Shown: in pieces, positions 51,003-62,114 of the stretch
How the letters are laid out: each line of letters starts with the position of its first letter
Position numbering within the stretch: the stretch's first letter is position 1
NCBI RefSeq assembly: GCF_902713615.1
Contig: NW_024056036.1
Coordinates: forward strand, 62,001-126,000
DNA: 64,000 nucleotides
Direction of reading: 5' to 3'
Source of the DNA: Scyliorhinus canicula
Taxonomy: Eukaryota
Made by a program: the position numbers and the translations under genes
The notes under the pieces: generated by a model
What the model was told of the DNA's origin: nothing
Seen by the model: the letters and a program-made list of their open reading frames with translations, nothing else
Databases searched by the model: none

Positions 51003-51940
51003 TTTCCTCCAGGTCAGAGATTACGAATTGTTTGCGATGCTGACGGCGGGGTTGATTTACGTTGGCCCACTCTGAAAAAGATTCCTCAGGACTCGGAATG
51101 TTTATGTCGTTTCTCTCCCCACAGATGATGCTCGAGAGAGAGAGAGACAGTGTCTGAGCTGGAGTGCGTTTGGATAAAATTGATGCTCCGGATCTGTGTT
51201 AACCACAGGGACGTGACCCATCTAATCCACAGAGCCAAAGTGGAGAATTGAACTGACTGGGGAGCTGGATCTTAACGCTGACCTCCCGGACCTCGGCGTC
51301 GTGAAATGTTCCAAAGAAGCTCAACAGCCACTCGAGGAACAGCAGCGCATCTTTCCACTGGGCTCAATACAGCTTTCACACTCAGTGTGTGTTCAGTAGT
51401 TTCACACTGTAAATGCTGCACCTATTTTGTGTGTCCTTCCAGCGCAGATTTGGGTTTCAATCTTGTTTCCACTTGTTCTTTGTGTCCGGGCGGTAGTTGT
51501 TGATCAATATGCCATCGATAGCTCCTCCAGACATATCTTTTGTTTCTTTGTTTCTTCCATTGTGCTAACAGAGAGCTGGCACAGACACGGCGGCCGGAAT
51601 GGCCTCATACTGTGGAGTCATTATTCTCTGATTCGATGCTAACCTAACTCTGTGGCCAGGGTCCCAAGGCCTCTTCTCATTTAATCTCTCCTGATTTGCC
51701 CCCCATTAGAGCCCTTTCCTGTTGTTCTGTTTCCTCCCTCCGGTAATTCACTGGGTTAAGACGTACCACATTTCTAACCTGTCCCGGTTTTAATAAAAGG
51801 TGATGGTGAAAGACGAACTTTGTTGTCCTGTCGACAAATGCAGCCTGACTCCCTGAGATGTTGCAGTACTTTTGGCGTTCTTCGCAGATGTTAGATTGAT
51901 TTTCGATGGCAATGACAGTATGCTTTAACTTTTTTTGTGG

Positions 51941-52030
51941 GGCTCGTTGGTCTAGGGGTATGATTCTCGCTTTGGGTGTGTCGCTGTCGGAATTTGCGAG
52001 AGGTCCCGGGTTCAAATCTAGGACGACCTC
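51941..52030 (+). tRNA. TRNAP-UGG: tRNA-Pro(TGG) with 18-nt intron (51977-51994); acceptor and T stems partly mismatched (possible pseudogene)
   Basis: Full 90-nt length; 3' end CTAGGACGACCTC deviates from CCCGGACGAGCCC. Confidence 0.7.
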
Positions 52031-53090
52031 TTCGATGACGTTTTCCCGTTGGTCAAACCCCACGTTTTCTTCATTTATTTGCGGCGTAGACGGCGGGATT
52101 CATTCACATTGGGTTTGCTTTGAGAAGCTGAGCTCAAACTGCATGGAACCAATACGTTCCCGAGAAGCTTGTCTATGTGTGGGCATTCACATTTCTATTG
52201 AATAATTCTGGTTGACTCAGACAGCTCTCTGTCCCTTTCATTTTATCAGTTCAACAACTTCAGACTGTGAACTCTCACTTCCCCCTTCACCACATGTTTT
52301 TTCCATCAACTTATCATCCCTTCCATTGATATGTTTTACCCTCAGCATTGCCCCCCTCCCCCCAGCCCATACCATCCTACTTCAGCAATCTGATCCCTGT
52401 TTGTAATTGTTCTCTGACACACTGCTTACCTTTGTTCTGCCATTAACACATTCTGACCGCTTGATGCGCCATCAGCACCTTTCATAGCCTTGATTAGCCT
52501 CATTTACATTCCCTTTTTCTTTCTGCCCGAGACATTTTCGACATTTCCCACCTATTGCTGCCCTCTATCGAGGCCCCATACAGAACTCCACCAACCCCCC
52601 CCCCCCCCCCCCCCCCCCCAAAATCGTCTGAATTTCCAATTCCAGTTCTCCAGCTTTGACAAAGAGTCCACTTGACTGGAAACGACAGCTGCCATTTCGC
52701 TCCCCAGAGGCTGTCAGACCTGCTGAGATTATCCAGTATTTTCTGTTTTTGTTTCCGTTTGAAGCATCCGCAGTAAGTTGCATTTGTCATACATTTAGAC
52801 ATGTTTGAGATGGTGATTAAATATGTTCATTTGTAAATCGCTGAAACTCTGTTGTGGACGAACTCGCTGCTAATATCCGAGGTGTGCCAAGATATGAAAA
52901 TTCTTCACCTCTCATTGCCTGCCGAAAATTCAGTGCTTGGGCCTTAATGTTCAATTCAGTGCAGTGGCTCATGTGAGACGAAATTTCATAGTCCTGGAAC
53001 ACACGAGATTCCGGCAACATTCAGGAAACAGAATTACTTTGTGCCCAGTAATTGTGCAAACTTTTCTCACACGAAATGCTAAATGTCTGA

Positions 53091-53163
53091 TGTTTCTGCC
53101 CGGTTTCGAACCGGGAACCTTTCGCGTGTGAGGCGATTGTGATAACCACTACACTACAGAAAC
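53091..53163 (-). tRNA. TRNAV-CAC: tRNA-Val(CAC), one mismatch at top of anticodon stem
   Basis: Perfect acceptor stem and B-box; ATCGC/GCGAA anticodon stem. Confidence 0.85.
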
Positions 53164-53369
53164 CACCGGCAGTGAATGGACGTGCGGAATGTACAACCTC
53201 ACTGTGTTGCTGCAGATTCTGATGGTCTGTTTGAGAGGCCTGGTCCCTTCTTACAGACGACAGCTGTTTCTTAAATTAACAGATGTCTCAACATATAAAG
53301 CCGTGAGATGTAGAAATTATATCGAAATTAACATAAGTTATATTTTGCTTAATGTCGGTATTAAATTTG

Positions 53370-53459
53370 TGCTCTTTGTTCTCGAGGTCTGGTTCTCGTT
53401 TCGGGATTTTCAATCAATGCCGATGGGAGTGGTCGTGGGTTTAAATCCAGGACAAGCCC
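53370..53459 (+). pseudogene. Degenerate tRNA-Pro(B), unit 3, anticodon CGG (intron 53406-53423)
   Basis: CTCGT-TT-CGG-G-[ATTTTCAATCAATGCCGA]-T-GGGAG...ACAAGCCC. Confidence 0.7.
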
Positions 53460-54383
53460 TTTACTCCAGGTCAGAGATTATGAATTCTTTGCGATGCTGA
53501 CGGCGGGGTTGATTTACATTGGCCCACTCTGAAAAAGATTTCTCAGGACTCGGAATGTTTCCGACGTTTCTCTCCCCACAGATGATGCTCGAGGGAGACA
53601 GTATCTGAGCTGGAGTGCGTTTGGATAAAATTGATGCTCCTGATGTGCGTTAACTTGACAGGGACTTGACCCATCTAATCCACAGAGCCAAAGTGAAGAA
53701 TTGAACTGACTGGAGAGCTGCATCTTAACGCTGACCTCCCGGACCTCGGCGTCGTGAACTGTTCCAAAGAAGCTCAACAGACACTCGAGGAACAGCAGCG
53801 CCTCTTTCCACTGTGCTCAATACAGCTTTCACACTCAGTGTGTGTTCAGCAGTTTCACACTGTAAATGCTGCATCCATTTTGTGTGCCCTTACATCGCAG
53901 ATTTGGGTTTCAATCTTGTTCCCACTTGTTCTTTGTGTCCGGACGGTAGCTGTGGATCAACCTGCCATCGATAGCTCCTGACGCACATTTTTGTTTCTTC
54001 CATTGCGCTAACAGAGAGCTAGCACACACACGGCGGCAGGAATGGCCTCATATTGTGGTGTCATTATTCTCTGATTTGATGCTAACCTCGCTCCGTGGCC
54101 AGGGAAGGCAACGCCTTTTCTCATTTAATCTCTCCTGACTTGCCCCCTATCAGAGCCCTTTCCTGTTGTTCTGTTTCCTCCCTCCGTGAGTTCAGTTGGT
54201 TAAGACGTACTACATTTCTAACCGGTCCCGGTTTTAATGAAAGGTGATGGTGAAAGACGAACTTTGTTGTCCTGTCGACAAATGCCGCCTGACTCCCTGA
54301 GTTGTTGCAGTAATTTCGGCGTTCTCCGCAAATGTTAGATCGACTTTCGTTGTCAATGACAGTATGATTCGGTTGCTTTCGAG

Positions 54384-54473
54384 GGTTCGTTGGTCTAGGG
54401 CTCTGATTGTCGCTTCGGGTGTCTCGGTGTCGAAATTTACGAGAGGCTTCGGGTTCAAATCCCCGACGAGCCC
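54384..54473 (+). pseudogene. Diverged tRNA-Pro(CGG) with 18-nt intron (54420-54437), TTTT terminator
   Basis: Colinear with Pro(A); several stem substitutions. Confidence 0.72.
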
Positions 54474-55501
54474 TTTTCTGTTGGTCACGCAGCATGTTTA
54501 CTTCATTTCTCTGCGGCTCAGACGGCGGGATTCATTCACATTGGGGTTGCTTTGAGAAGCTGAGCTCACACTGCAGGGAATCAACGCGTTGCCGGGGAAA
54601 TCGAAACATTTTCGATCAACTTGTCGATGAGTGGACATTCACTTATCTCTATTCACTAACTCTGGTGGATTCAGGCATCTCTCGGTCTGCTTAATTTTAT
54701 TCTGCACACTTCACACGTGTTTTTTTCTATCAATTTATTTTCATTCGTTCCATTGGTATATTTTACCCACACAATTGGCCCGCTCCCCTCCCCCCAGCCT
54801 ATACCATCCTACTCGATCAATCTGATCCCTGTTGCCAATTGTTCTCTAATACACTGCTTACCTTTGATCCCATTCTGACGTCTGAATGCGCCACTATCAG
54901 CACCTTTCTCGGCCTTGATTAGCCTCATTTACATTCCCTTTTTCATTCTGTCCGAATGTGATAATCACTACACTACAGCAGTCAGCGGACGTGTGAAATG
55001 TGCAACCTGACTGTGTTGCTGCAGATTCTAATTGTCTGGTTGAGAGGCCAGGTCACTTATTACAAGACAACAGCTGTTCCTTTAAAAATAAAAGTAAGAA
55101 AACTGACAACACCAGGTTAAAGTCCAACATGTTTGTTTCAGCACTAGCTTTCGGAGCACTGCTCCTTCCTCAGGTGAATCTCAGGTGAATTTGAAAAACA
55201 GATGTCTCAACATAAAAAAAACATGAGATGTAGAACTTATATCGAAGTTAACAGAAGTTATATTTTGCTGATGCTCGATCTTACAATTGGGCTTCTTGGT
55301 CCGGAGGTATGGTTCACGCTTGGTGCCCAACTGTCAATTGTTTCGCCAATCTTTTCTCCAGTTCACGTTTGGTGCCCAACTGTCAATTGTTTCGCCACTC
55401 TTTTCCCAGTAACTGAAGCGTTCACTCATCTGAATTTTCGCTTTAATACCGGAACATATTCAAAAGCTGATTGATTTCTGTCGGACTCTAATCCAGGCAC
55501 C

Positions 55502-55963
55502 ATGTATTCTCCATGTTGGTGACTGGTGAATGGTGAGTCGATGTTCTAATGTTCACCGTGTGCCCCGTGTGCTATCTTCACTCTCAGATATTGAATACAT
55601 TTTGTGTTTAGTTTCAGGAAGAAATGGTGAATACTCAGTGGCCCAGGATCGATCTGAGTTAACGGGTTCTGGAAGGACAGAGCATTGAGCTGGACTGTAG
55701 ATATTCCACAGCTGTTTTTGAAACTCTTTTCTGGTACATTCAGTATCCCGGAAGACCTCCGAGGAATGTAATGAGAATCTATAGTTAGGGCAGTTCAGAT
55801 AAATCTCCAGATTTTCCCAGCCAGGTTTTCGGCTGCTTTGCTCAAAGAAAACCAAACGGTACCTTTAAATATCGTCGGAGCTGATCTCTCCGACAGTGCC
55901 GTGTATTTCTGCGCTATGGAGCCCACACTGCTGCAGAGGTATAGCGGGTCCCGTACAAACACT
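55502..55963 (+). pseudogene. TCR V pseudogene (family B): leader with TGA, frameshifts and TAG in V exon (55618-55923); RSS CACACTG-24-ACAAACACT
   Basis: LDCRYSTAVFETLFWYIQYPGRPP ... DLSDSAVYFCAMEP in shifting frames. Confidence 0.87.
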
Positions 55964-56320
55964 CACACTGGGAGTTTCTGTCATTTCTCGGCAGAGGGCG
56001 CTCTCACATTGATAGACAGACACAATTACGCAGCTTGTGGTGGTCACAGTGTCATTACCAAACCATCAAAAACAAACACAACACTCACTAAAAACGAGCG
56101 AGCAGAAACTGAATAATAATATTCGTTAGTTTATAACTTGCATTTCTACTAAAATGAATTTCACAACTTAATTTCCGGTTCGTTAACTCACATTTAGTCT
56201 TTTTATGATCTTTACATTGCTGTCTGAATTATTGTGTGAACGTTTCTCCATCTCCGTTCCGCTCTTCTAGATCACTTTGAGCAAAGCCGGGTCACAGGGT
56301 CTATATGACGGGATTATTTT

Positions 56321-56645
56321 CATAGATTTCACAGAAGTTACAGTGCAGAAGGAGGCCATTCGGCCTATCGAGTCTGCACTGGCTCTTGGATAGTGCACCC
56401 TACCCTAGGTCCACAACTCCAACCTGTCGCCACAACCCAGTAACCCCACCCAACACTAGTTGGACATTAGGGGCAATTTAGCATGGCCAATCCACCTGCA
56501 CATCTTTGGACTGTGGGAGGAAACCGGAGCACCAGGAGGAAACCCAGGCAAACACGGGGCGAATGTGCAGACTCCCAACAGACAGTGGCCCAAGTCGGGA
56601 ATTGAACCTGGGAGCCTGAAGCTGTGAAGCAATTGTGCTAACCAT
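56321..56645 (-). mobile_element. HE1-type SINE inserted upstream of the 56.7-kb V fragment
   Basis: HE1 core on reverse strand. Confidence 0.8.
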
Positions 56646-56714
56646 AATGATACCCGTTGCTCCGTGTACGATCTTCACTCCCAGATAGTGAATACGTTTT
56701 GTGTTTTGTTCCAG

Positions 56715-56875
56715 GAACAAATGGTGAAGATTCAGTGCCCCAGGATCGATCTGCGATAACGGTTCTGGAACGACAGAGCATTAACCTGGACTGTAGATAC
56801 TGGACAGTTGTTTTTGATACTCTGTTCTGGTACAATCAGTATCCCGGAAGACCTCCGAGGAATTTTATTGGTTGA
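56715..56875 (+). pseudogene. 5' half of a family-B V exon (GTNGEDSVPQDRSAITVLERQSINLDCRY...WYNQYPGRPPRNFIG*), truncated
   Basis: Intron and exon align with 55.6 kb V; similarity stops after FR2. Confidence 0.82.
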
Positions 56876-57036
56876 CAGACAGTTTGTAGGAAATGAGCAA
56901 ATTTCACAAGGCAGTGATTGTATAATTTATAACAAACCCCAAGAACAGAGTTCCCCCCTAATAGTTATTCTCCTTTCCAGTGTCTGTTTAATGTTTTCTG
57001 ACACAGCTATGTTTCCGTCCTACAATAGATATAGAT

Positions 57037-57370
57037 GTAGAACAGTACAGCACAGAACAGGCCCTTCGGCCCTCGATGTTGTGCCGAGCAATGATCACCC
57101 TACTTAAACCCACGTATCCACCCTATACCCGTAACCCAACAACCCCCCTAAACCTTACTTTTTAGGACACTACGGGCAATTTAGCATGGCCAATCCACCT
57201 AACCCCGCACATCTTTGGACTGTGGGAGGAAATCGGAGCATCCGGAGGAAACCCACGCACACACGGGGAGAACGTGCAGACTCCGCACAGACAGCGACCC
57301 AGCCGGGAATCGAACCTGGGACCCTGGAGCTGTGAAGAATTTATGCTAACCACCATGCTACCCTGCTGCC
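57037..57370 (-). mobile_element. HE1-type SINE, near-identical to 11391-11698
   Basis: Shared tail GTACAGCACAGAACAGGCCCTTCGGCCCTCGATGTTGTGCCGAGCAATGATCACCCTAC. Confidence 0.85.
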
Positions 57371-58422
57371 AATAACCAGACCAGCAAACCCATTCCGACT
57401 CCCGTCTGGATCTATGCAGCGATTCTTCTTCGAAGGCACTGACTGTATCCCAGCTCGGATTGTTCCCATTCACTGACAGACAGTTCGCCACCTACAGGTG
57501 TTAAACCACCTTTGGAGACGCAAGAAAGTGAAGTAAGAAAAACCTGCGAAAGACAGCCGATTCTTAATGGTGCGGAATAGAAGTTGATGCTTCGAATTTC
57601 AATTTTTACAGATCGACAGCCGTCAGCCAGTGTCTGGATTGTTTGGGGCTGGTGCAGGTGGGCTTTTCGGGAGGTAATTGTGGAACAAACACATTTCATC
57701 GCATTTGAAATCATGGTTTCAATCGGAATTGTAAACACATAATTATTTCCTGTTTGAACATGTATTTCTGATCTGAGTGACGGAAATTCTGTTTCTCGGG
57801 TATTGTCCTCAGATGTTAAGACAGAAGAAGTTGCTCTTTTTAGTTTAACCTTTGATGCTGCCTTCTTGAACCGCTGCAGTCTATGTGCTGTCAGGGAGGG
57901 AGTTCTAGGATTTCACCTCTGCTGCGTTACTCATGTCAGCAGATGAGCAGTGAGGCTAAAATAACAAAACAGCAACAGCACCACTCAGGGAGCTAAACTC
58001 TCTCTAAATCTGGGTGGAGAAAGTGGCTCTGAAGAGTTGATCAGAAGTAGGACTCACAGACTGAGTATACCATGAACAAAAGTCCCACTCCCTTTGAACT
58101 GTGTCTTCGAGCACCATTCTGTTGACGTTTCGACAGAAACTCGAGCAGATTCAGCCACATCGACCAGTGGCGATGTCAGCCGCTCAAACCCACACCGGGA
58201 GGAAGCCACCTTAACTTCGAATCAAGCTGTCAGCCACCTGTTTCCAACACGGTAGTAAAAATACACTGCCGAATCCAATCCGACCGTCAGATCCATCATC
58301 AAATCAGTCTCCAGGTTACCCGTCCTTTCTGTTTCTGATCAGCTGTTAATTCTCTGAAACTCAGGGCTGGCTGTTCAGATCAGCTCCGGCAAAGATGTTT
58401 CTGACCCTTCAACCAGTCCCAC

Positions 58423-58505
58423 TGACGTCACTCAGTTTACAGACCTACGTCACTAAATATGCAGGGAAACGTCACACGTGTCCTCATTATGACGTCACAG
58501 TGACG
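58423..58505 (+). promoter_or_regulatory. CRE cluster upstream of intact V: TGACGTCA (58423, 58490), two ACGTCA half sites, E-box CACGTG (58475)
   Basis: Motif matches 220-300 bp upstream of ATG 58726. Confidence 0.65.
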
Positions 58506-58725
58506 CTGGTCTGCCGCGTGCGCATTCTCCTATCCACACTCCACCAATGCTGAAGCTCCTTCACAGCTTCACTTTGTGATCACACGTCCCAGAGACCCGT
58601 CTCGGGCGGGCACGGTGCAGTTGGTGTTGGACTCAGTTTGATATACAACAGCCCTGCCTCTGCAGCATTGTCTCTCGTCCTGAAAACTACTGTGAGCTAC
58701 TTAACACAGATCGATAGGATCCAAC

Positions 58726-59232
58726 ATGAAGCTGAGATTCACTTTAGTGATTATCTCCCTGAATGGCTTACTCTTCTCTCCGTGTGAGTGTGATCACTAT
58801 ATCTGGCAGGAATATGTCACACATCAGATATGTCATGTTATAGGGACATACAGTTTCCTTTATTGTATATCTTGTTATGTCATGTTGTAGTTGATTGTGC
58901 TATATCATATTCTCGCCGTCTGTGTGATATTAAATTATTCATGTTATTTTACATCTCAGATGCCGCTGGCAGTGACGAGGTATCACAGTCTCCAGAGTCA
59001 ATGGTGGTTACCGAGGGAGATGTTGCATCCTTGGCCTGTTCCACCACAGTAGCAGGAATGATCCTACAATGGTACAGACAATACCCGGATGGAACCGTGC
59101 AGCACCTGGCGAGCGGTACCAGCGATCAGGACAGGATTACATCTCGATTCATTTCAGCAGACAAACACAGCTCTCTGAATGTTAGTGACGTTCGAGTGAC
59201 AGACACCGCCACCTATCTCTGTGCAGTTGAGG
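58726..59232 (+). CDS. Apparently intact TCR alpha/delta-like V: leader 58726-58783 (MKLRFTLVIISLNGLLFSP) + V exon 58960-59232 (...ASLACSTTVAGMILQWYRQYP...DTATYLCAVE)
   Basis: Phase-1 GT/AG intron; consensus RSS CACAGTG-23-ACAAAAACT (59233-59271). Confidence 0.92.
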
Positions 59233-59425
59233 CACAGTGAACTGAAAACCATTCAGCGCCATACAAAAACTTGCCGGGTGATTCTGACAGTTTCCGCAGA
59301 TTCCGCAGTTATCCGAGAGGCCTGTTCATGATTTTGGTTTGCTCTTTCATATCAGAAAAGAAGGGCCAGAATCCATTTAAATTCATTTTATTTCTTTAAA
59401 GTCACAACCAGAGAGCACGGGTTCC

Positions 59426-59868
59426 ATGGTGCTTGAAGATAATAATCATTGTACCGTTCGGTGAGTCAATATTCAGAGGTCGTTGTCTATTTCTTGTGTC
59501 AAATCAAATTCCAGACCGAGACATATTCCACGTTTTGTTACAGGGATGAATGACGCACAGTCTCCCAGGATCCGTCCGAGTTGAAGGCTCTAGAAAGACA
59601 GTTCAGTTATAATCACTCCATATCCAAGAGCTTTCTCTGCCTATGTAGGCCGGTCAATATGACGGGATAACTGCGAGATATTTACTGAGGAGGTATCGGC
59701 TGAGACATTGAGCTACGTCACAAGATTTCTCACATCGGTTGATTTGAACAAGGATAAAGACAACAGTGCAAATGTTTGATTAACAAACCTGCCAATGTTT
59801 GTTCCCCGTGGGCCTGAGATGGAATTAACCTGGCTGATCAAGGCGCTAAAGAAGACTACACAAATACT
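59426..59868 (+). pseudogene. Degenerate family-B V pseudogene (frameshifted leader 59426-59460, exon from 59544)
   Basis: TCCCAGGATCCGTCCGAGTTGAAGGCTCTAGAAAGACAG aligns with 55.6/56.7 kb FR1; multiple stops; nonamer ACAAATACT at 59860. Confidence 0.65.
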
Positions 59869-59877
59869 CGCAGAGGA

Positions 59878-60329
59878 GGTTTTTGCGGGTTCTTGGTTTT
59901 TATCTGATGCTGTGTTTCACTGCACAGGAAAAGACCACCACACTTAGGCCGCTTATTTAATGAGCAACGGGCAGATATTGTCTTCAGATTCCATCTTTTT
60001 ACAGTTTTTACAGCCTTACTACTTCATTAATAATCCAGTTTGGACACTGTGCTCGTTTCTGTCCATATCAGTGGATGTTTCTTATTACTGGGGTTATATA
60101 TTTGCAATCTATCCCTTCAAACACAGCTACTGTCACCAGAAACTGGATCTGCAAGTAGTTCGCCTGTGAAAGAAGAGGATCTAAAGAGCAGGAGGTTAAA
60201 CGGGATCAATGTATTATCCTCTATCTAACTGTATGAGTCTGTGTAAATCCCATCAATCTGTTAAACTGTCTTGATGAGCAAAATCCAGTAGTCAATGTGC
60301 AAGATCCCCGCCAGTATTATTAGAAACAT
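59878..60329 (-). pseudogene. Family-A V pseudogene: leader 60329-60296 (MFLIILAGILH, donor mutated to TT), exon 60163-59915 with stops; RSS CACAGCA-21-GCAAAAACC
   Basis: Leader, promoter and ADPV..., ...SGLSV..VFSCAVK align with 39.4 and 45.4 kb genes. Not visible in the ORF track. Confidence 0.8.
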
Positions 60330-60522
60330 GTCTGCCTGGATCTCTCAGTGAATGGGTATGGAATGACTCAGAGATTGAGAGGAGAGAGGGAACTCGAGCT
60401 CTGTTCAGCTCAATGTCCCACCCAGACACAGCAAGGGAGCCAGGCCCACTGTGACAAAGGCCCACGGTGACATCACTGATGGCTTTGGTCTCATGTGACT
60501 TTCTAACTATCATGTTGGGCTT

Positions 60523-60540
60523 TGCGCCCTCTGCTGGTGG
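60523..60540 (-). promoter_or_regulatory. Strong CTCF motif CCACCAGCAGAGGGCGCA ~195 bp upstream of the 60.3-kb V leader
   Basis: Near-consensus match; TGATGTCA at 60468-60475. Confidence 0.68.
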
Positions 60541-60809
60541 ATTATGTTCAATCGGTTCAGAATGGGGGTTACTGAATAGACTTACGGTTTATTGATTTGT
60601 ATGTCAAAACATTAATGTCAGGAATGAGAACTGACTATCCAAATTTGGATTATTCTCATTATTTCTTTCTCTGGCGCTATCTGTCGGAAGCCAGGTCCAA
60701 TCCATTGCAACGTCCCGGGGAGGCAGGTCGCAACCACTCCAGAGCTGGAACAGGAATCCAGACCGTTCTGGCTTTCCAATTTCCTGAGCTATACCCAACC
60801 GTCGTTCGC

Positions 60810-61620
60810 AGACAACATGAAAATCGTCGGTGTGCTAAATAGTGAGGAGGAAAGGTTTAGATTGCAGGATGATATAGACGGACGGGCCAGATGGGAAGAA
60901 CATTGGCAAATGGAATTTAACCCTGATGCATTTTGGGAGGACCTACATTGCAAGAAAACACACAATGAATGTCAGGACGCCAAGAAGTACAGAGGCAAGA
61001 GGGACCTTGGTGTTCATGCCCACAGATCCCCGCAGGCAACTGGACAAGTAGATAAGGTGGTGAACAAGACATACGGGATACTTGCCTTCATTAACTGAGG
61101 CATGGAATATAAGAGCTGGGAGGTTATTATGGAGCTGTTTAAAACGCTGGTTAGTCTTCAGCTGGAGTATTGTGTGCACATCTGGTCGCCACCTTACGGA
61201 AAGGATGCGATTATACCAGAGAGGCTGCAGAAGAGATTAATCCGGAGGTTTTCTGGGAAGGAATGTTTCAGCTATGAGGAGAGGCTGGAGAGGCTGGAAT
61301 ATTGTCCTTAAAGCAGAGAATACTGAGTAGAACATAATCGAGGTATTCAAAATTATGCGTAATATAGATAGGAAGATACCTTTCCATTAGTAGAGGGGTC
61401 AACAACGAGGAGGCGTAGATTTAAGGTAAGGGGCAGAAGATTTAAAGGGAATTTGAGTGTGGTGAGATCCCGGAACTCTGCCTGCAAGGCTGGTCGAGGC
61501 GGGAACACTCACAGCAATAAAGAAGCGTCTAGATTAGGACTTGAAACGCCATTGCATGCAAGGCTCCTGGCCAAGTGTCAGAAATTGGTTTAGACTAGAT
61601 CGGTACTTGATGACCGGGGC
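60810..61620 (+). mobile_element. Degraded CR1 3' fragment
   Basis: LQDDIDG..RWEEHWQMEFN, RDLGVH, QLEYCVHIWSP motifs. Confidence 0.85.
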
Positions 61621-62114
61621 AAACATGATGTGTCAAAGGGCCTCTTGTTTGCCGTAAAGCTCCACGACTAAGGCGCCAGAGGCACGGAAGCTGCCGATGA
61701 CGCCACAAGGCCACCTCTCCTTAGGTCAAAGAAAGTAAAGGAGAGACTGTACTGAGTTGCTGAAATATAAGTGGGTCTGTCAAAGAAGATGACACGGAGC
61801 TGTTTCCACGAGCAGATCCTTGGATAATACAGGGATCGAGGAGAAATAAAGCCCAGGAAAATTCCATTCATTATCTACACTGCGATTTGCTGAACTACAG
61901 AAGAGGTGTCTAAATAAAGGAAGAAAATTCAACAATAACTTTAAGAAGGAAATGTAAAGGCAATTACCCGGCTATGTAGAAAATGCTATTTTTGAAAGAA
62001 GAATAAGATAACCATTTCAAAGTGTCTCGGGCAATATAGATCGTGTGGCCTCATCCCTGACTCGAAGATTCTAGATTCTAGTCCGTCATGTCCTCCCGAT
62101 CTATTTCTTCTCAG

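Larger units (their letters stand above)
46600..55320. repeat. Tandem array of ~2.44-kb units (~3.5 copies), each with tRNA-Pro(A), tRNA-Val, degenerate tRNA-Pro(B) and old repeat fragments
   Basis: Pro(A) starts 47053, 49515, 51941, 54384 (spacing 2462/2426/2443). Val starts 48194, 50634, 53091. Intervening sequence aligns unit to unit. Confidence 0.95.

Noticed and set aside
46466-55474. Recurrent 60-128 aa ORFs repeated every ~2.44 kb
   Set aside because: By-products of the tandem array overlapping tRNA genes and old repeats; frames not conserved between units.
58190-58420. - strand ...RTGNLETD...DSAVYFYY, possible ancient V remnant head-to-head with the 58.7-kb V
   Set aside because: Suggestive but not alignable without a search; not called.
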